A DNA stretch of 64,000 bases from a virus (IMGVR_UViG_3300009183_000095:666-64665), one strand, 5' to 3'; shown: positions 8,560 through 18,023, numbered from the stretch's first letter. A program made the numbers and translations. Notes: generated from the sequence alone by a model not told the origin.

Positions 8560-8587
8560 AGCCTCCTCATCTTGTATTTAGGAGGCT
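8560..8587 (-). promoter_or_regulatory. late-promoter-like CCTAAATA inside an RBS-sequestering hairpin
   Basis: Minus strand AGCCTCCT-AAATACAAGATG-AGGAGGCT-TT-ATG: a perfect 8-bp stem whose 3' arm is the SD. Confidence 0.65.
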
Positions 8588-8605
8588 GAGTTGTTTGATA
8601 TGGTA

Positions 8606-9055
8606 TTATATTCCAAATTCTTCAACGTATCGGTAATAGAGGCCAGCCTCTCTTCCGAATGCTTCTATCTCCCAGGGCTCATCCCAATAACTAAGAGATT
8701 TATCGTTGTAAGTCTTGTCATGCCATCTTGTGGAGCGAGCACCACATATTCCATCTGACAACTCCCCTAGTGCAAATTGCTTTAGGTGAACCATCTCATG
8801 GGCAAGATTCTTTAGAAGATCTTCTTTTGTGGTTTTCTTGCAAAGCTGTATTCTAAACTCTTTAGTGGTTCTTGTCTTATCCATATACTCACAATAACCA
8901 GCTGCATCATCTTCAAGCTTATTCTTTAATTCTATTTCAAGATCAACTACTCTAAGGTATTTTTTTGGCATCAATATGGTAGCATAGAACTCAGCAGCTA
9001 TGGCGAGTTCATCTTTAAACTTCTTTGATCTATGACCTTGAACGCTGACTAACAT
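8606..9055 (-). CDS. zincin (HEXXH) metallopeptidase-like protein
   Basis: LAHEMVHLKQF and PWEIEA motifs; likely start at ATG 9055 after AAGGGA. Confidence 0.75.
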   Translation of the reverse strand: MLVSVQGHRSKKFKDELAIAAEFYATILMPKKYLRVVDLEIELKNKLEDDAAGYCEYMDKTRTTKEFRIQLCKKTTKEDLLKNLAHEMVHLKQFALGELSDGICGARSTRWHDKTYNDKSLSYWDEPWEIEAFGREAGLYYRYVEEFGI

Positions 9056-9247
9056 CTCGGTTCCCTTTAGATATCGGTAGTTGAAGGTCCTAGTAAAGTC
9101 CATTTCTCTAGGAGTCTTCCTTTTCTTCCAGGAGTCTCCAGAAAGTTGCTGGCCCTTCGTAGAGTGCAAGAAAAAAGTATATCGCATGAATTATTGTGTG
9201 TATAATTAAAAACGGGATAATCCAAATAGCATAATCAATAGCGCGTC

Positions 9248-10639
9248 TCATTGAAAGTCCTTAAAAACACTTTTATCAATTCGCCTCTCATTATTTATTC
9301 TTTCCCCGGCTTGAGAGGTATCAAAGACCGGCCTATCATCACTGATATTCTGCTGGGCTAGCTGTTCTACATTGAATAATTTCATTCTAGATTTATCTAC
9401 CCCTATAACGAACTTTCTATGAAATGATGGATCAGCATAACGGTTCTTTAACTGTTTAACCATGAATTGCCCTAGATCCTCCAATTCTTCTGAGGATATT
9501 AGCGCAAACATTAGGTCAGCTGTGGCAGGGAGTCCAAACGATTCTGAAGTATCTTCTAGTCCTACATCGGTATTGGAGTAACCCGAGCGAGTAGTCTGAG
9601 TAGCAGAAACAATAGGAACTTTAAATTCTACCGCCAATCCTCTTAACTCTTCAGCAATAGCCTTAATATAACTATAGGAATTAACGCTATTACCAAACTT
9701 CAGTCTAGAGCTTACACAGATATTAAGATAGTCGATATAGATGATATCAGGTTTAAAATTCCGTTTTAGCTTTAGTTCATTGAGTAGATGCCTGAAGTTA
9801 GCAGAACCAGCTGAAGCAGTGGGATACTCTTTAATAATGAGTTTACCAGTAGTTTTCTCTTTGACTCTATCTACCTTTCTCTCATATGCATCTTTAGGAA
9901 GCATCGATAGCATATCGATAGTCTCATTTAGAAGATTGGCATCGATACGCTCAGCAATCTTCTCCTCTGACATCTCTAACGTAATGTATAGTACATTATA
10001 TCCGGATGAGAGATTAGATGCAGCACAATGACACATGAAGAGAGACTTGCCAACCCCAGTACCAGCAAGAGCAATATTAAGGGTCTTAATTGGTAAACCA
10101 CCCTTTGTAATTTTATTGAAATATTCGAGATCAAACTCAACACGTTTTACCTTTGTATGATATGAATCGTACCGCTCTTCAAAGTCATCTAGATAATCAT
10201 GACCTATGCTTGTATCAAACGATACTCCTAGAGCTTCCGAAAGTATTTGTGGAATGCTTCCCTTGGACAGCTTCCCACTCTTATCATCTAGTATGTGAAT
10301 ACTTTCAGTGATAGCGTTAATGACTGCTTTATCTTGACAGAACTTCTCAGTACTATCTACTAGCCATTCTATATCATTATTCTCTTCTTTTAATTCACTT
10401 ACTAGATTTTTTATTTCATGCACGTCTTCATCAGACATACCTGTAATACTATCTGCCTCTATCCTTAACGCTGTAGGAGAAGGAGGCTTATTATATTTTT
10501 CTACGTACTCATTAACTAACTTAAACGTAGCTTTAGTTATTCTATCTCCAAAATACCCTTCCTTAAGAAAGGGGAGGACTTTCCTCAGATATTCCTCGTT
10601 GAATAGGAGATTGTTCAGAATCATCTTCTCTACCATCAC
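9248..10639 (-). CDS. gp41: replicative DNA helicase (T4 gp41)
   Basis: AGTGVGKS, ITLEMSEEKI, IDYLNIC, SATQTTR, SESFGLPATAD, QLKNRY. Confidence 0.97.
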   Translation of the reverse strand: MMVEKMILNNLLFNEEYLRKVLPFLKEGYFGDRITKATFKLVNEYVEKYNKPPSPTALRIEADSITGMSDEDVHEIKNLVSELKEENNDIEWLVDSTEKFCQDKAVINAITESIHILDDKSGKLSKGSIPQILSEALGVSFDTSIGHDYLDDFEERYDSYHTKVKRVEFDLEYFNKITKGGLPIKTLNIALAGTGVGKSLFMCHCAASNLSSGYNVLYITLEMSEEKIAERIDANLLNETIDMLSMLPKDAYERKVDRVKEKTTGKLIIKEYPTASAGSANFRHLLNELKLKRNFKPDIIYIDYLNICVSSRLKFGNSVNSYSYIKAIAEELRGLAVEFKVPIVSATQTTRSGYSNTDVGLEDTSESFGLPATADLMFALISSEELEDLGQFMVKQLKNRYADPSFHRKFVIGVDKSRMKLFNVEQLAQQNISDDRPVFDTSQAGERINNERRIDKSVFKDFQ

Positions 10640-10814
10640 TTTGTCTTTCCTTCCACGAATGATTAACTAATATTATAGTCTTATCATCATTAATTATCCA
10701 TTCAAGTTTATCGTCAGGTAACCAATCAGATAAGCTTCCTTCGGGGAATACAATATATTGTTCTCCGTTTGCATCTTCTTCTACTGTTGCAGTGAATATG
10801 TTATTTGATTTCAA
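10563..10814 (-). CDS. AbrB/MazE-like small protein
   Basis: TVEED..GE.YIVFP...W...D.LEW pattern. Confidence 0.55.
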   Translation of the reverse strand: MKSNNIFTATVEEDANGEQYIVFPEGSLSDWLPDDKLEWIINDDKTIILVNHSWKERQSDGREDDSEQSPIQRGISEESPPLS

Positions 10815-11136
10815 GTTGCTTTGCTTTCTCTAATTCAGAATCTGGAACATGAAACAATAGATCTGGATACATTTCTTTTGTCTTTTTTTCTAACTCTTTA
10901 AAATTAGGAGCTTGACAATAAAATTTACCCTCTTTAGAATACATGCAAAGAGTATCATCTCTAATCTCAATAGTTGCTCGAATGATTCCGGCCTCTGTCA
11001 TTGCTCTGTTAACTATCTGATCACATTCTTCATCAGATAGATCTTTCACATTTTTAGCTTTAAATTGAATGTAAGCTTCCCATACTATCCAGAATAGAAA
11101 AATGCCAAGCAACATCCCGTAACTAAAATCATTCAT
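10801..11136 (-). CDS. hypothetical protein with N-terminal TM
   Basis: N-terminal hydrophobic helix; overlaps both neighbours. Confidence 0.65.
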   Translation of the reverse strand: MNDFSYGMLLGIFLFWIVWEAYIQFKAKNVKDLSDEECDQIVNRAMTEAGIIRATIEIRDDTLCMYSKEGKFYCQAPNFKELEKKTKEMYPDLLFHVPDSELEKAKQLEIK

Positions 11137-11410
11137 TCTTTAAGTCTTTTTCTAAAGTTACAAACACTTCTATTTTCTTTTCAGAGGGCCAGGAAGAGCA
11201 ATAGTCGTTATCCACATCACATATTTGAATAACTTCCTCTTTAGAAACTACTCGATGAGTAACAATTTGTTCACCAATATGCTTTTGACTGAACTCTTTT
11301 GCCTCATTCATTGTAACTGTATCTAACGCGTACTCTGGATGATTATCTGGAGCCTCAACCACATAACGCATATGAAAAGAAGATACACATTCTACCATCA
11401 CTAAAGCCAT
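11129..11410 (-). CDS. conserved hypothetical phage protein
   Basis: GGAG SD; YALDTVTMNEAKEFSQKHIGEQI motif. Confidence 0.7.
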   Translation of the reverse strand: MALVMVECVSSFHMRYVVEAPDNHPEYALDTVTMNEAKEFSQKHIGEQIVTHRVVSKEEVIQICDVDNDYCSSWPSEKKIEVFVTLEKDLKNE

Positions 11411-11419
11411 AATATACTC

Positions 11420-11623
11420 CTAGATTTTTTTATTACAATTAAAACTATCAGTTCCCACTCTGAATGCATTAGCGTACTTACAGTTTAAAGATATTTCAAC
11501 TGAAGACATATGTGCTCCTAGATTATATCCTAAAAAGAATATTATAGCAATGAGTAATCCTGTCGGAGATACTTTTCGAAAGAAGGCCTTAACCCTCTTT
11601 GCCTCTCCGGGTAGAAAGATCAT
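11420..11623 (-). CDS. small membrane protein
   Basis: One TM and a C-terminal Cys pair; ATGA overlap with uvsX. Confidence 0.6.
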   Translation of the reverse strand: MIFLPGEAKRVKAFFRKVSPTGLLIAIIFFLGYNLGAHMSSVEISLNCKYANAFRVGTDSFNCNKKI

Positions 11624-12675
11624 ACCTCTTCCGTTTCTTCCTCAACAGCAGGAACAAAACCAGTACCATAACTAAATTCTTTCTTTGCAGCTTCCTCTAG
11701 TTTTTGTAGTACCTCAGGGGTATAATACTTCTCAGGCTCCTCATTAATATTCTTACCAAAGACCTTTGATCCATCAGGAAGTTCGTATCGAGTAGATACC
11801 TTCTTAAAGATCCCATACTTCTCAGCCAAGTCTAATAATCCGAAGTATTTGTCGAGACCTTTGGAGTAAGTAAGTAGCACTTCTGCTTGGGCGTGCTCCT
11901 TGGATAACCTAGACTTATACATTCTGACTTTGATGACGTTTCCAACCACTTCTGTTCCATCTTTTTCTTTTCTTTTGGTGAGCATAGCAATAGTGCTAGC
12001 TGCGTATTTGAGTCCTGTTCCACCACCGAGCTCCTTCATAGGTACATAAGAACCGACCAAATCATATACGTGATTGGTCACCAACATCGGCACCTTAACC
12101 TTAGCCAGCTTCAGAGTAAGAACTCTAAAGGCAGCTTTAATGACCTGTGCCTTAGTCATATCTCTTGTATCCTTACCTTCTAAAGAATCTTCCATCTCTT
12201 TAGAGGTAGATAGTAAACCTAGACTATCCAGAACAAACATCATGGGAGGACGTTTATCTTCTGGTTGTTTATCGTATGCATCAATCATCTTGAGTGCATG
12301 AGTTTTAAATTTCTGAATGGTATCGGGTTCAGCAATAATAACTCTGGAGGTATCAATACCTCTTTCCTCCATCATTGCTTTAGTAACAGAAGCTTCAGTA
12401 TCATAATATACTACTCCGGCGTTTTTATTTTGCTCAAGGAAGGATCTGACGACCCCAAGAACGAAGTAAGTCTTACCAGTAGCGGACTCTCCTGCAAAAG
12501 CAGTAACTTTATTATCAGGTACGCCACCAAAGATGCTACCTGAGAGAACAGCATTGAGAATATAGCAACCAGTATCAATAAAGCCCCCAAACTCAGCACT
12601 ACCGTTGCCGTCAATGGCCATAGAAGTATCTTCATCCTTTAATTCCTCAACTAAGTTTCTAAAAAAATTACTCAT
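11620..12675 (-). CDS. uvsX: RecA-like recombinase UvsX
   Basis: [37 protein letters not shown]. Confidence 0.96.
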   Translation of the reverse strand: MSNFFRNLVEELKDEDTSMAIDGNGSAEFGGFIDTGCYILNAVLSGSIFGGVPDNKVTAFAGESATGKTYFVLGVVRSFLEQNKNAGVVYYDTEASVTKAMMEERGIDTSRVIIAEPDTIQKFKTHALKMIDAYDKQPEDKRPPMMFVLDSLGLLSTSKEMEDSLEGKDTRDMTKAQVIKAAFRVLTLKLAKVKVPMLVTNHVYDLVGSYVPMKELGGGTGLKYAASTIAMLTKRKEKDGTEVVGNVIKVRMYKSRLSKEHAQAEVLLTYSKGLDKYFGLLDLAEKYGIFKKVSTRYELPDGSKVFGKNINEEPEKYYTPEVLQKLEEAAKKEFSYGTGFVPAVEEETEEV

Positions 12676-12848
12676 TGTATGCCCATTTCTATTTGTCGTT
12701 TATAAAGTTTGTCTAGCTCTTCCATTGCTAGTAGTATACCTATTGGAAGACTCATTTCTTTCTCAGCATCTCTTACTGCATTTGCAAGTGATCGTGATAG
12801 TCTTATTTCTTCAAAGGTTGTCAGTTTGTGGACTTCGAAGTTTTCCAT
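12672..12848 (-). CDS. small hypothetical protein, 58 aa (not in the ORF track)
   Basis: [25 protein letters not shown]...; AAGGAG SD and ATGA overlap with the uvsX start. Confidence 0.6.
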   Translation of the reverse strand: MENFEVHKLTTFEEIRLSRSLANAVRDAEKEMSLPIGILLAMEELDKLYKRQIEMGIQ

Positions 12849-13041
12849 TATACGGCTCCTTATCTAATATATCAGGACTATTTTTTGCAAGCCTATCCAA
12901 ATCGTAAGTACTTGGGTAATGTCTCAAGCACCCTCTCGCCTTTTCCTTAACCTCTTTTGGCACTCTAGGAGTACGAATAAGCTCAATTAAAAATTTTTCA
13001 GTAAATGCTAATGCACGATATCTTTCATCTGGTAATGTCAT
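12811..13041 (-). CDS. BPSL0761-family-like small protein
   Basis: MTLPDERYRA...TPRVP...ARGCLRHYP signature. Confidence 0.7.
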   Translation of the reverse strand: MTLPDERYRALAFTEKFLIELIRTPRVPKEVKEKARGCLRHYPSTYDLDRLAKNSPDILDKEPYNGKLRSPQTDNL

Positions 13042-13964
13042 TAAAAGGTACCTCCATCATTTCCATTATCAAATATCTTAATTTTATCTTTATCAATCTC
13101 TATTTTACCGGCTTTTCGTTTTTCGTTCAACTCATGAGTTCTCTTCAGCCACAAAGGTACTCGTGACTTCTTTTCTTCCTCTTCTTGAACTGCTTTAACC
13201 ATAACATCAGCTATAGGGTCAGGTTTTCGTAACTGACTATTAGCGGCAATTAGTAATGCTAATGCTAAAGGATCAAATACAGCCACGATAAGAATAATAA
13301 CCCATCTAACAGCTTGATCTATGACAGAATCTGCTGAGTCACCATAGATGAGTTCAGCAATGTATTTAATAGGTCCAACTTCAGAAGCAATTTTTCTTAA
13401 TTCTGCTGCTATGGGAGCCTTCTCTTCATTTAGTCTTGTAACTCGTGCTTGTCCTTGGGATATTTCAGCCATGAAGCTAGAACGTTCCTTCTGCTGGCTC
13501 CTTCGTATCTGAAAAGCTCTTTCTGTTCCTTTATCATCCGACGTTCTAGCGATCGTCTGGTCGACTTGTTGATCAAGTTGTTGGAGGGCTCTTCTTGCTG
13601 CGTCAATGGTTTCTTTTTCATATTTTATCTTCTCGTCTATTAATGCAATCTTACTAGCAACATCCCCTGTAGGAACTGCCTGATCTAAATGTGCTTTAGA
13701 CAAGTAACCAAACGTACCCATAGAAGTTATAAGCATAAGAATACATACAGCAATTATTAAATAATACTTTATAGTTGCGGGAGCATTATGCCAATTTCTA
13801 TACACCCAAGACACAGCAACAATCTTAGACAGACCAAGCGAGCCTCCCATAATAACTATCGACCAATATGCCGATGGAAAGATCGTAGTCAGTCCTACAA
13901 TGGAGAAGTACTCAGCTACTCCGGATAGTAATAATGCTGTGAATAAGGTTATATGGTTAATCAT
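13041..13964 (-). CDS. multi-TM coiled-coil membrane protein (DUF4407-like)
   Basis: Three N-terminal TMs, TSMGTFGYLSKAH, coiled coil, EVGPIKYIAE, VFDPLA TM. Confidence 0.7.
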   Translation of the reverse strand: MINHITLFTALLLSGVAEYFSIVGLTTIFPSAYWSIVIMGGSLGLSKIVAVSWVYRNWHNAPATIKYYLIIAVCILMLITSMGTFGYLSKAHLDQAVPTGDVASKIALIDEKIKYEKETIDAARRALQQLDQQVDQTIARTSDDKGTERAFQIRRSQQKERSSFMAEISQGQARVTRLNEEKAPIAAELRKIASEVGPIKYIAELIYGDSADSVIDQAVRWVIILIVAVFDPLALALLIAANSQLRKPDPIADVMVKAVQEEEEKKSRVPLWLKRTHELNEKRKAGKIEIDKDKIKIFDNGNDGGTF

Positions 13965-14259
13965 TTACTATATTTTTCACCCTTAATATAAATGCGTTTA
14001 CCTTGGTTGTTCTATCAGGCCAATAAATGTATTCTTTATTATCGTCTTTAGCTAGATTTAAAAGCAACGGCATAATTGTCTTATACAACTGTTCTAGTTT
14101 ACCTTTATATGTTTCTTCAATAGCTTCTAGTTCTTTGGACTGGTTATTTACTTGCTGTTGAAGCATATTTTCACGTTCCTTCAACTCCTCCTCACTTACG
14201 GCTGAGAAGCCAAAGTCATTTTCATAATCATCTAATGATAGGTTTAGTTTGCTCTTCAT
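13957..14259 (-). CDS. conserved hypothetical protein downstream of gp43
   Basis: DFGFSAVSEEEL, PLL.NL, YIYWPDR; start at the ATGA overlap with the gp43 stop. Confidence 0.7.
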   Translation of the reverse strand: MKSKLNLSLDDYENDFGFSAVSEEELKERENMLQQQVNNQSKELEAIEETYKGKLEQLYKTIMPLLLNLAKDDNKEYIYWPDRTTKVNAFILRVKNIVND

Positions 14260-16799
14260 ACGAAGAATGCCTCCAATGTGTTTCGTTTTTCTGTTCTCCA
14301 TCCAATCGTTTCAAGAATAGATTGTAGAGGATCAATGAATGCTTTTTCAAATTGCTTATCATAATCAATGAGTCTATCTAGATCTAACTCTTTAGGTAAC
14401 TTACCTGGAGTAGAGATAACATGCTCACCCAAGTAGTTAGGAGTCTTGATATAGCAGAACTTAACCTTATCTCCTCTATGAATAAGGTCATACTTCTTAT
14501 CTAGTTTCTTTAACTTTAAGAAGTGATTATAAAGTATAGCACCCTTCACATGGATAGGGGTACCTAGTTTGAAAGGCTTGCCCTCATTTCTCTCTTCCCA
14601 TTTATCTATATCTTTACATCCCCGGGGAAAGGCTACCTCTTCAAACGGCAACGTAAAGAACTTATCTCTTGTCTTTTGAATAAACTCAATCACTTCATCT
14701 TCAGTAGATGTCATGATAAGATTAAAAGCTTCTTTAATCGAGTTCTTTACTACCTGAGGGGTAGAGCTTCTTACAGCCTCAACACCCATCATCTTTAATT
14801 TAGGCTCAGTATAACGAACACCCTCATTGTCATATACGTTAAGAATATATCTCTTCTTAGCAATAAAGATACCCTTGTCAGCAATTGCTTCTCGCTTCAT
14901 CTTCATCTTCTGTGCATATGCATTAACATACACTGCGAGCTCATCGTATCCCTTGTCTATGAAAGGCTCAAGCACTGAATTACAATAGGTATCAATCATA
15001 GTAATGATCTTGGCTTTATCAGGTATCTCTTTACCCTCAAACGCTTTCTTAATGAAAGGACCAAAGTCAATATACATGGAGTCAGTATCTACTGCAATAA
15101 CATAATCTACTTTATTAGTCTTTAGTACTTTATTAAAGTATTCATTGATTTTATCTTCCATCCAACGAATAGACAATTGACCAGACTTAGTAATAGACTC
15201 AGCAAAACGGGTATCAAACCAGCGAAAGTATTTGTTAGCTAAAGCACCATAAGCGGAGTTAAGTTGAATCTTTTTAGCCAGCTGCATATTATGGTAACGA
15301 GAGATTGCTTTTTCATTCTCGTAGTTATGATCTTTTTCATAGGCTTTTTTTGCCTCGATCATTTTATTTTTATATCGTACTCGATCGTTGTACATCTTCT
15401 CCATTAACTGTGGGAGAAAGCCTTGACGGTCTTTATCATAATAACACCCAGTTGCTGCTACAGCATAGTTCTGAGATAACATCTCATTACGAATACCTAG
15501 ATCGTTTAGTGCCCCATTCAGTATCTTATCTACTCCATCGGACGTAGCCAGGGAACTAAATGTGCCCTTATAAGTCTCTGGTGAAATATTATACTGCATG
15601 ATGAGGTGAGGGTATAGACTATTCAAGTCAAAAGATACAACCCACTCATGCATTCCTACTTGCGGATCTTTTACATAAGCACCTACAATAGGTTCGTCTT
15701 TTGTTCTTGATCTAACATCATTCATTGGTACTACTATGCCTTGATCAAGCAAGTAATTATGAATAATAATATCCCACATACGAACAGATGTAAAGGTGTC
15801 TAGGTAGTTAACTTTAGCATCGTATGCAATAGCAAGAACTTGCTCAATGAATTTGAGCTTATCCTCCATCTTATAAACCAGCTCTACATCTCGAATATTA
15901 TACTCGATATACTTCTGAAAGTCTTTCTCGTAAAAATCTGTAAGGTTCTCGTAACCAAGCGCTTGATAGTCTAACTTACGTTCACCAAGTACTACAAAGG
16001 CAATATGATCTAGCTTATAGGACTCCTGCATAGAGAAGGAAAACTTCTTATACAGTTGCATATAGTCAAGAATAGTAATACCAACAATTACCGGTATGTT
16101 ATAGACACGCCCAGCAATTTCAATTTCACGTTCACCTAATATGCCCCAGGGAGATAGTTTCTTTGGAGCTTCTGGTCCCAGTAGTCTTCCAATGCGATTG
16201 AGCATGTAAGGCATATCAAAGAACTCAACGTTCCACCCTGTAATAATATCAGGTAAGAACTGCTTGGTTCTCCAAACGGTAATGAACTTGTTTAGTAGAT
16301 CGTTTTCGTCTTTACACTTAAGATAGGTGATGTTTTCATTAGGTACTTTAAAATCAAAGTATCCAAATACTACTGACTTACCGTTTTTAGTGAGTGTAAT
16401 AGCAGTAACTGGTCTATCGGCTAGACTAATATCTGGAAAGCCTCCATCGGCTTCAATCTCAATATCGATAGTGACTACAGATACCAGTTTAGGGTCATAG
16501 TCAATCTCACCTTGATAGTAATCATTTATAAAGGTATAGACAAATTGATTAAGTCCGTATAGCTCTTTACCCGATACACCCTCATACTCTTTCATGTAGT
16601 TGCGGGCTTCGTAAACGCTATCAAACTCTTTTTTATAGACTGACTTACCAGAGAGAGTTTTATATTCCTCTTGGCTAGTCTTTGCATTAGTGAATAGATA
16701 GGGCTGGTAGGGAATAGCACGTTGAATACGCGTACCGTCTTCAAACCCTCTTAACAAAATCTCACTCTTATGTAAATGAACACTAGTATAAAAGTTCAT
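14256..16799 (-). CDS. gp43: family B DNA polymerase (T4 gp43)
   Basis: ExoI DIE, SFDLNSLYP, KIQLNSAYG, DTDS, KKRY. Confidence 0.98.
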   Translation of the reverse strand: MNFYTSVHLHKSEILLRGFEDGTRIQRAIPYQPYLFTNAKTSQEEYKTLSGKSVYKKEFDSVYEARNYMKEYEGVSGKELYGLNQFVYTFINDYYQGEIDYDPKLVSVVTIDIEIEADGGFPDISLADRPVTAITLTKNGKSVVFGYFDFKVPNENITYLKCKDENDLLNKFITVWRTKQFLPDIITGWNVEFFDMPYMLNRIGRLLGPEAPKKLSPWGILGEREIEIAGRVYNIPVIVGITILDYMQLYKKFSFSMQESYKLDHIAFVVLGERKLDYQALGYENLTDFYEKDFQKYIEYNIRDVELVYKMEDKLKFIEQVLAIAYDAKVNYLDTFTSVRMWDIIIHNYLLDQGIVVPMNDVRSRTKDEPIVGAYVKDPQVGMHEWVVSFDLNSLYPHLIMQYNISPETYKGTFSSLATSDGVDKILNGALNDLGIRNEMLSQNYAVAATGCYYDKDRQGFLPQLMEKMYNDRVRYKNKMIEAKKAYEKDHNYENEKAISRYHNMQLAKKIQLNSAYGALANKYFRWFDTRFAESITKSGQLSIRWMEDKINEYFNKVLKTNKVDYVIAVDTDSMYIDFGPFIKKAFEGKEIPDKAKIITMIDTYCNSVLEPFIDKGYDELAVYVNAYAQKMKMKREAIADKGIFIAKKRYILNVYDNEGVRYTEPKLKMMGVEAVRSSTPQVVKNSIKEAFNLIMTSTEDEVIEFIQKTRDKFFTLPFEEVAFPRGCKDIDKWEERNEGKPFKLGTPIHVKGAILYNHFLKLKKLDKKYDLIHRGDKVKFCYIKTPNYLGEHVISTPGKLPKELDLDRLIDYDKQFEKAFIDPLQSILETIGWRTEKRNTLEAFFV

Positions 16800-16830
16800 A
16801 CATTCCTTGAATTATAACTAACTGTAGTCG

Positions 16831-16859
16831 ATTATACAGCCTTTCAGCAATTAAATCAA
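16831..16859 (-). promoter_or_regulatory. sigma70-type promoter for gp43
   Basis: TTGATT-TAATT...-TATAAT, 17-bp spacer, TG immediately before the -10. Confidence 0.75.
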
Positions 16860-17176
16860 CCGTGAAGGGTTTGGGCAATTTGAATGCCAGATCCAAACAT
16901 CCTGTTGTAGTTATTTCGTAAGTCTAATGACGGGTCATGAGTGATAATTACAATCTCTGACTTAATTGTAAACGAAGAATCGTTTGAGTATGGGAGGAAG
17001 GGTGCAAGACCAAGACTTACTTGGGTCTGGGATTGTCCAGGTACCATGTAGATAGATGCAACATCTTCTAGTGTGATTGTACTGTTTAATTCAGAACGCT
17101 CTTTTAGCTTTCCGATAATTTCATCACCACTTAACAATTTTAAACAGATAATATCACCAATTGATTTGTTTTCCAT
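16856..17176 (-). CDS. conserved T4-like hypothetical protein (Sm-like fold predicted)
   Basis: LKLLSGDEIIG...GLAPFLPYS...YNRMFGSGI; usual position upstream of gp43. Confidence 0.75.
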   Translation of the reverse strand: MENKSIGDIICLKLLSGDEIIGKLKERSELNSTITLEDVASIYMVPGQSQTQVSLGLAPFLPYSNDSSFTIKSEIVIITHDPSLDLRNNYNRMFGSGIQIAQTLHG

Positions 17177-17190
17177 AATTAATCCTTAGA

Positions 17191-17209
17191 AGGGGGCATT
17201 GCGCCCCCT
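17191..17209 (-). terminator. GC-rich hairpin, probable terminator
   Basis: AGGGGGC-GCAAT-GCCCCCT followed by a short pyrimidine tail. Confidence 0.55.
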
Positions 17210-17224
17210 GTTTAGTTTCTGGGC

Positions 17225-17293
17225 TTACTTTTCTTTTGGAAAGTTAAGTTGTTCCCATTCTTCATCTGATACTGGCCACCAATAGATATTCAT
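17225..17293 (-). CDS. 22-aa micro-ORF
   Basis: MNIYWWPVSDEEWEQLNFPKEK; ATGA-coupled to the upstream micro-ORF. Confidence 0.4.
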   Translation of the reverse strand: MNIYWWPVSDEEWEQLNFPKEK

Positions 17294-17406
17294 CTTGAGT
17301 ATCTTTCTGCCTTATGTTTACGCATGAGGATAATACCTTCGATGATACCGTGGTAAGTATTATAGATGCCTTTTCCTACAGACTTAAAGAGTTTCAGCAA
17401 CGGCAT
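17290..17406 (-). CDS. 38-aa micro-ORF
   Basis: MPLLKLFKSVGKGIYNTYHGIIEGIILMRKHKAERYSR; GGAGG SD lies inside the hsp20 3' end. Confidence 0.45.
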   Translation of the reverse strand: MPLLKLFKSVGKGIYNTYHGIIEGIILMRKHKAERYSR

Positions 17407-17908
17407 CTTTTTCCTCCGGAGTCAATTGCTTGGCAGAGGAACGAGATGTTTTACTGGTTTCCTTAACCTCTATCTTCTTTGGCTTTTTGTGTTCGGGAAT
17501 AATTCTTTCCAGAGCAATCTTCAACATACCATTAAATAGTTCAGCATCTTTAATCTCAATTTGATCATTGAGAGCAAAGGTTCTGGTAAAATTGCGAGCA
17601 GCAATACCTTTGAAGATATAGTCAGTAGTGTCTTCTGACGTATTACCCTTAACAATCAATTTGTCTTCGGCGAACTCAATCTCAATGTCTTGTCTAGCAA
17701 AGCCAGCCACAGCCAATTCGATTGTATAGGTGTTCTCACCTGTTTTCTTGATATTGTATGGGGGGTAGTTGGGGATGTTTTTAGCAACATCATCGTGAAG
17801 CTTGGCCAATCTGTTGAATTGTTCATCGAAACCGACAAAGAATTTGTCAACGTCTTTGAATACAATAGAAGGGTTAAGCATAGCGTCAGGCATGAATTTT
17901 TGAATCAT
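17384..17908 (-). CDS. hsp20: small heat-shock protein Hsp20 (IbpA-like)
   Basis: NYPPYNI, IELAVAGF, GIAARNFTRTF, NGMLKIALERIIPE. Confidence 0.95.
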   Translation of the reverse strand: MIQKFMPDAMLNPSIVFKDVDKFFVGFDEQFNRLAKLHDDVAKNIPNYPPYNIKKTGENTYTIELAVAGFARQDIEIEFAEDKLIVKGNTSEDTTDYIFKGIAARNFTRTFALNDQIEIKDAELFNGMLKIALERIIPEHKKPKKIEVKETSKTSRSSAKQLTPEEKDAVAETL

Positions 17909-17914
17909 ATTGAT

Positions 17915-17999
17915 CTCCTTGTTAAGCGAGTTAAGTTAATATCCATCCCCGAAGGCGATGGATCGAGAAATATTTTACTAGCCTTCCTCGAACTGCTAG
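17915..17999 (-). ncRNA. structured 5' leader of hsp20: pseudoknot, UUCG hairpin and ROSE-like SD hairpin
   Basis: CUAGC/GCUAG stem whose loop UCGAGGAA pairs with downstream UUUCUCGA; AUCCAUCGCC-UUCG-GGGAUGGAU hairpin; CUCGCU-UAACA-AGGAG hairpin. Confidence 0.55.
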
Positions 18000-18015
18000 G
18001 TCTTTGCAGACATTT

Positions 18016-18023
18016 TATTTATA
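18016..18023 (-). promoter_or_regulatory. T4-type late promoter (hsp20)
   Basis: Exact TATAAATA. Confidence 0.7.

Noticed and set aside
17954-17965. Fluoride riboswitch start (GGCGATGG) on the plus strand
   Set aside because: No downstream pairing partner or associated gene; it is the complement of the hsp20 leader hairpin.
17963-17999. preQ1-I riboswitch
   Set aside because: Size and topology are similar, but the loop and 3' tail do not match the preQ1-I consensus as I recall it, and it is not upstream of que genes.
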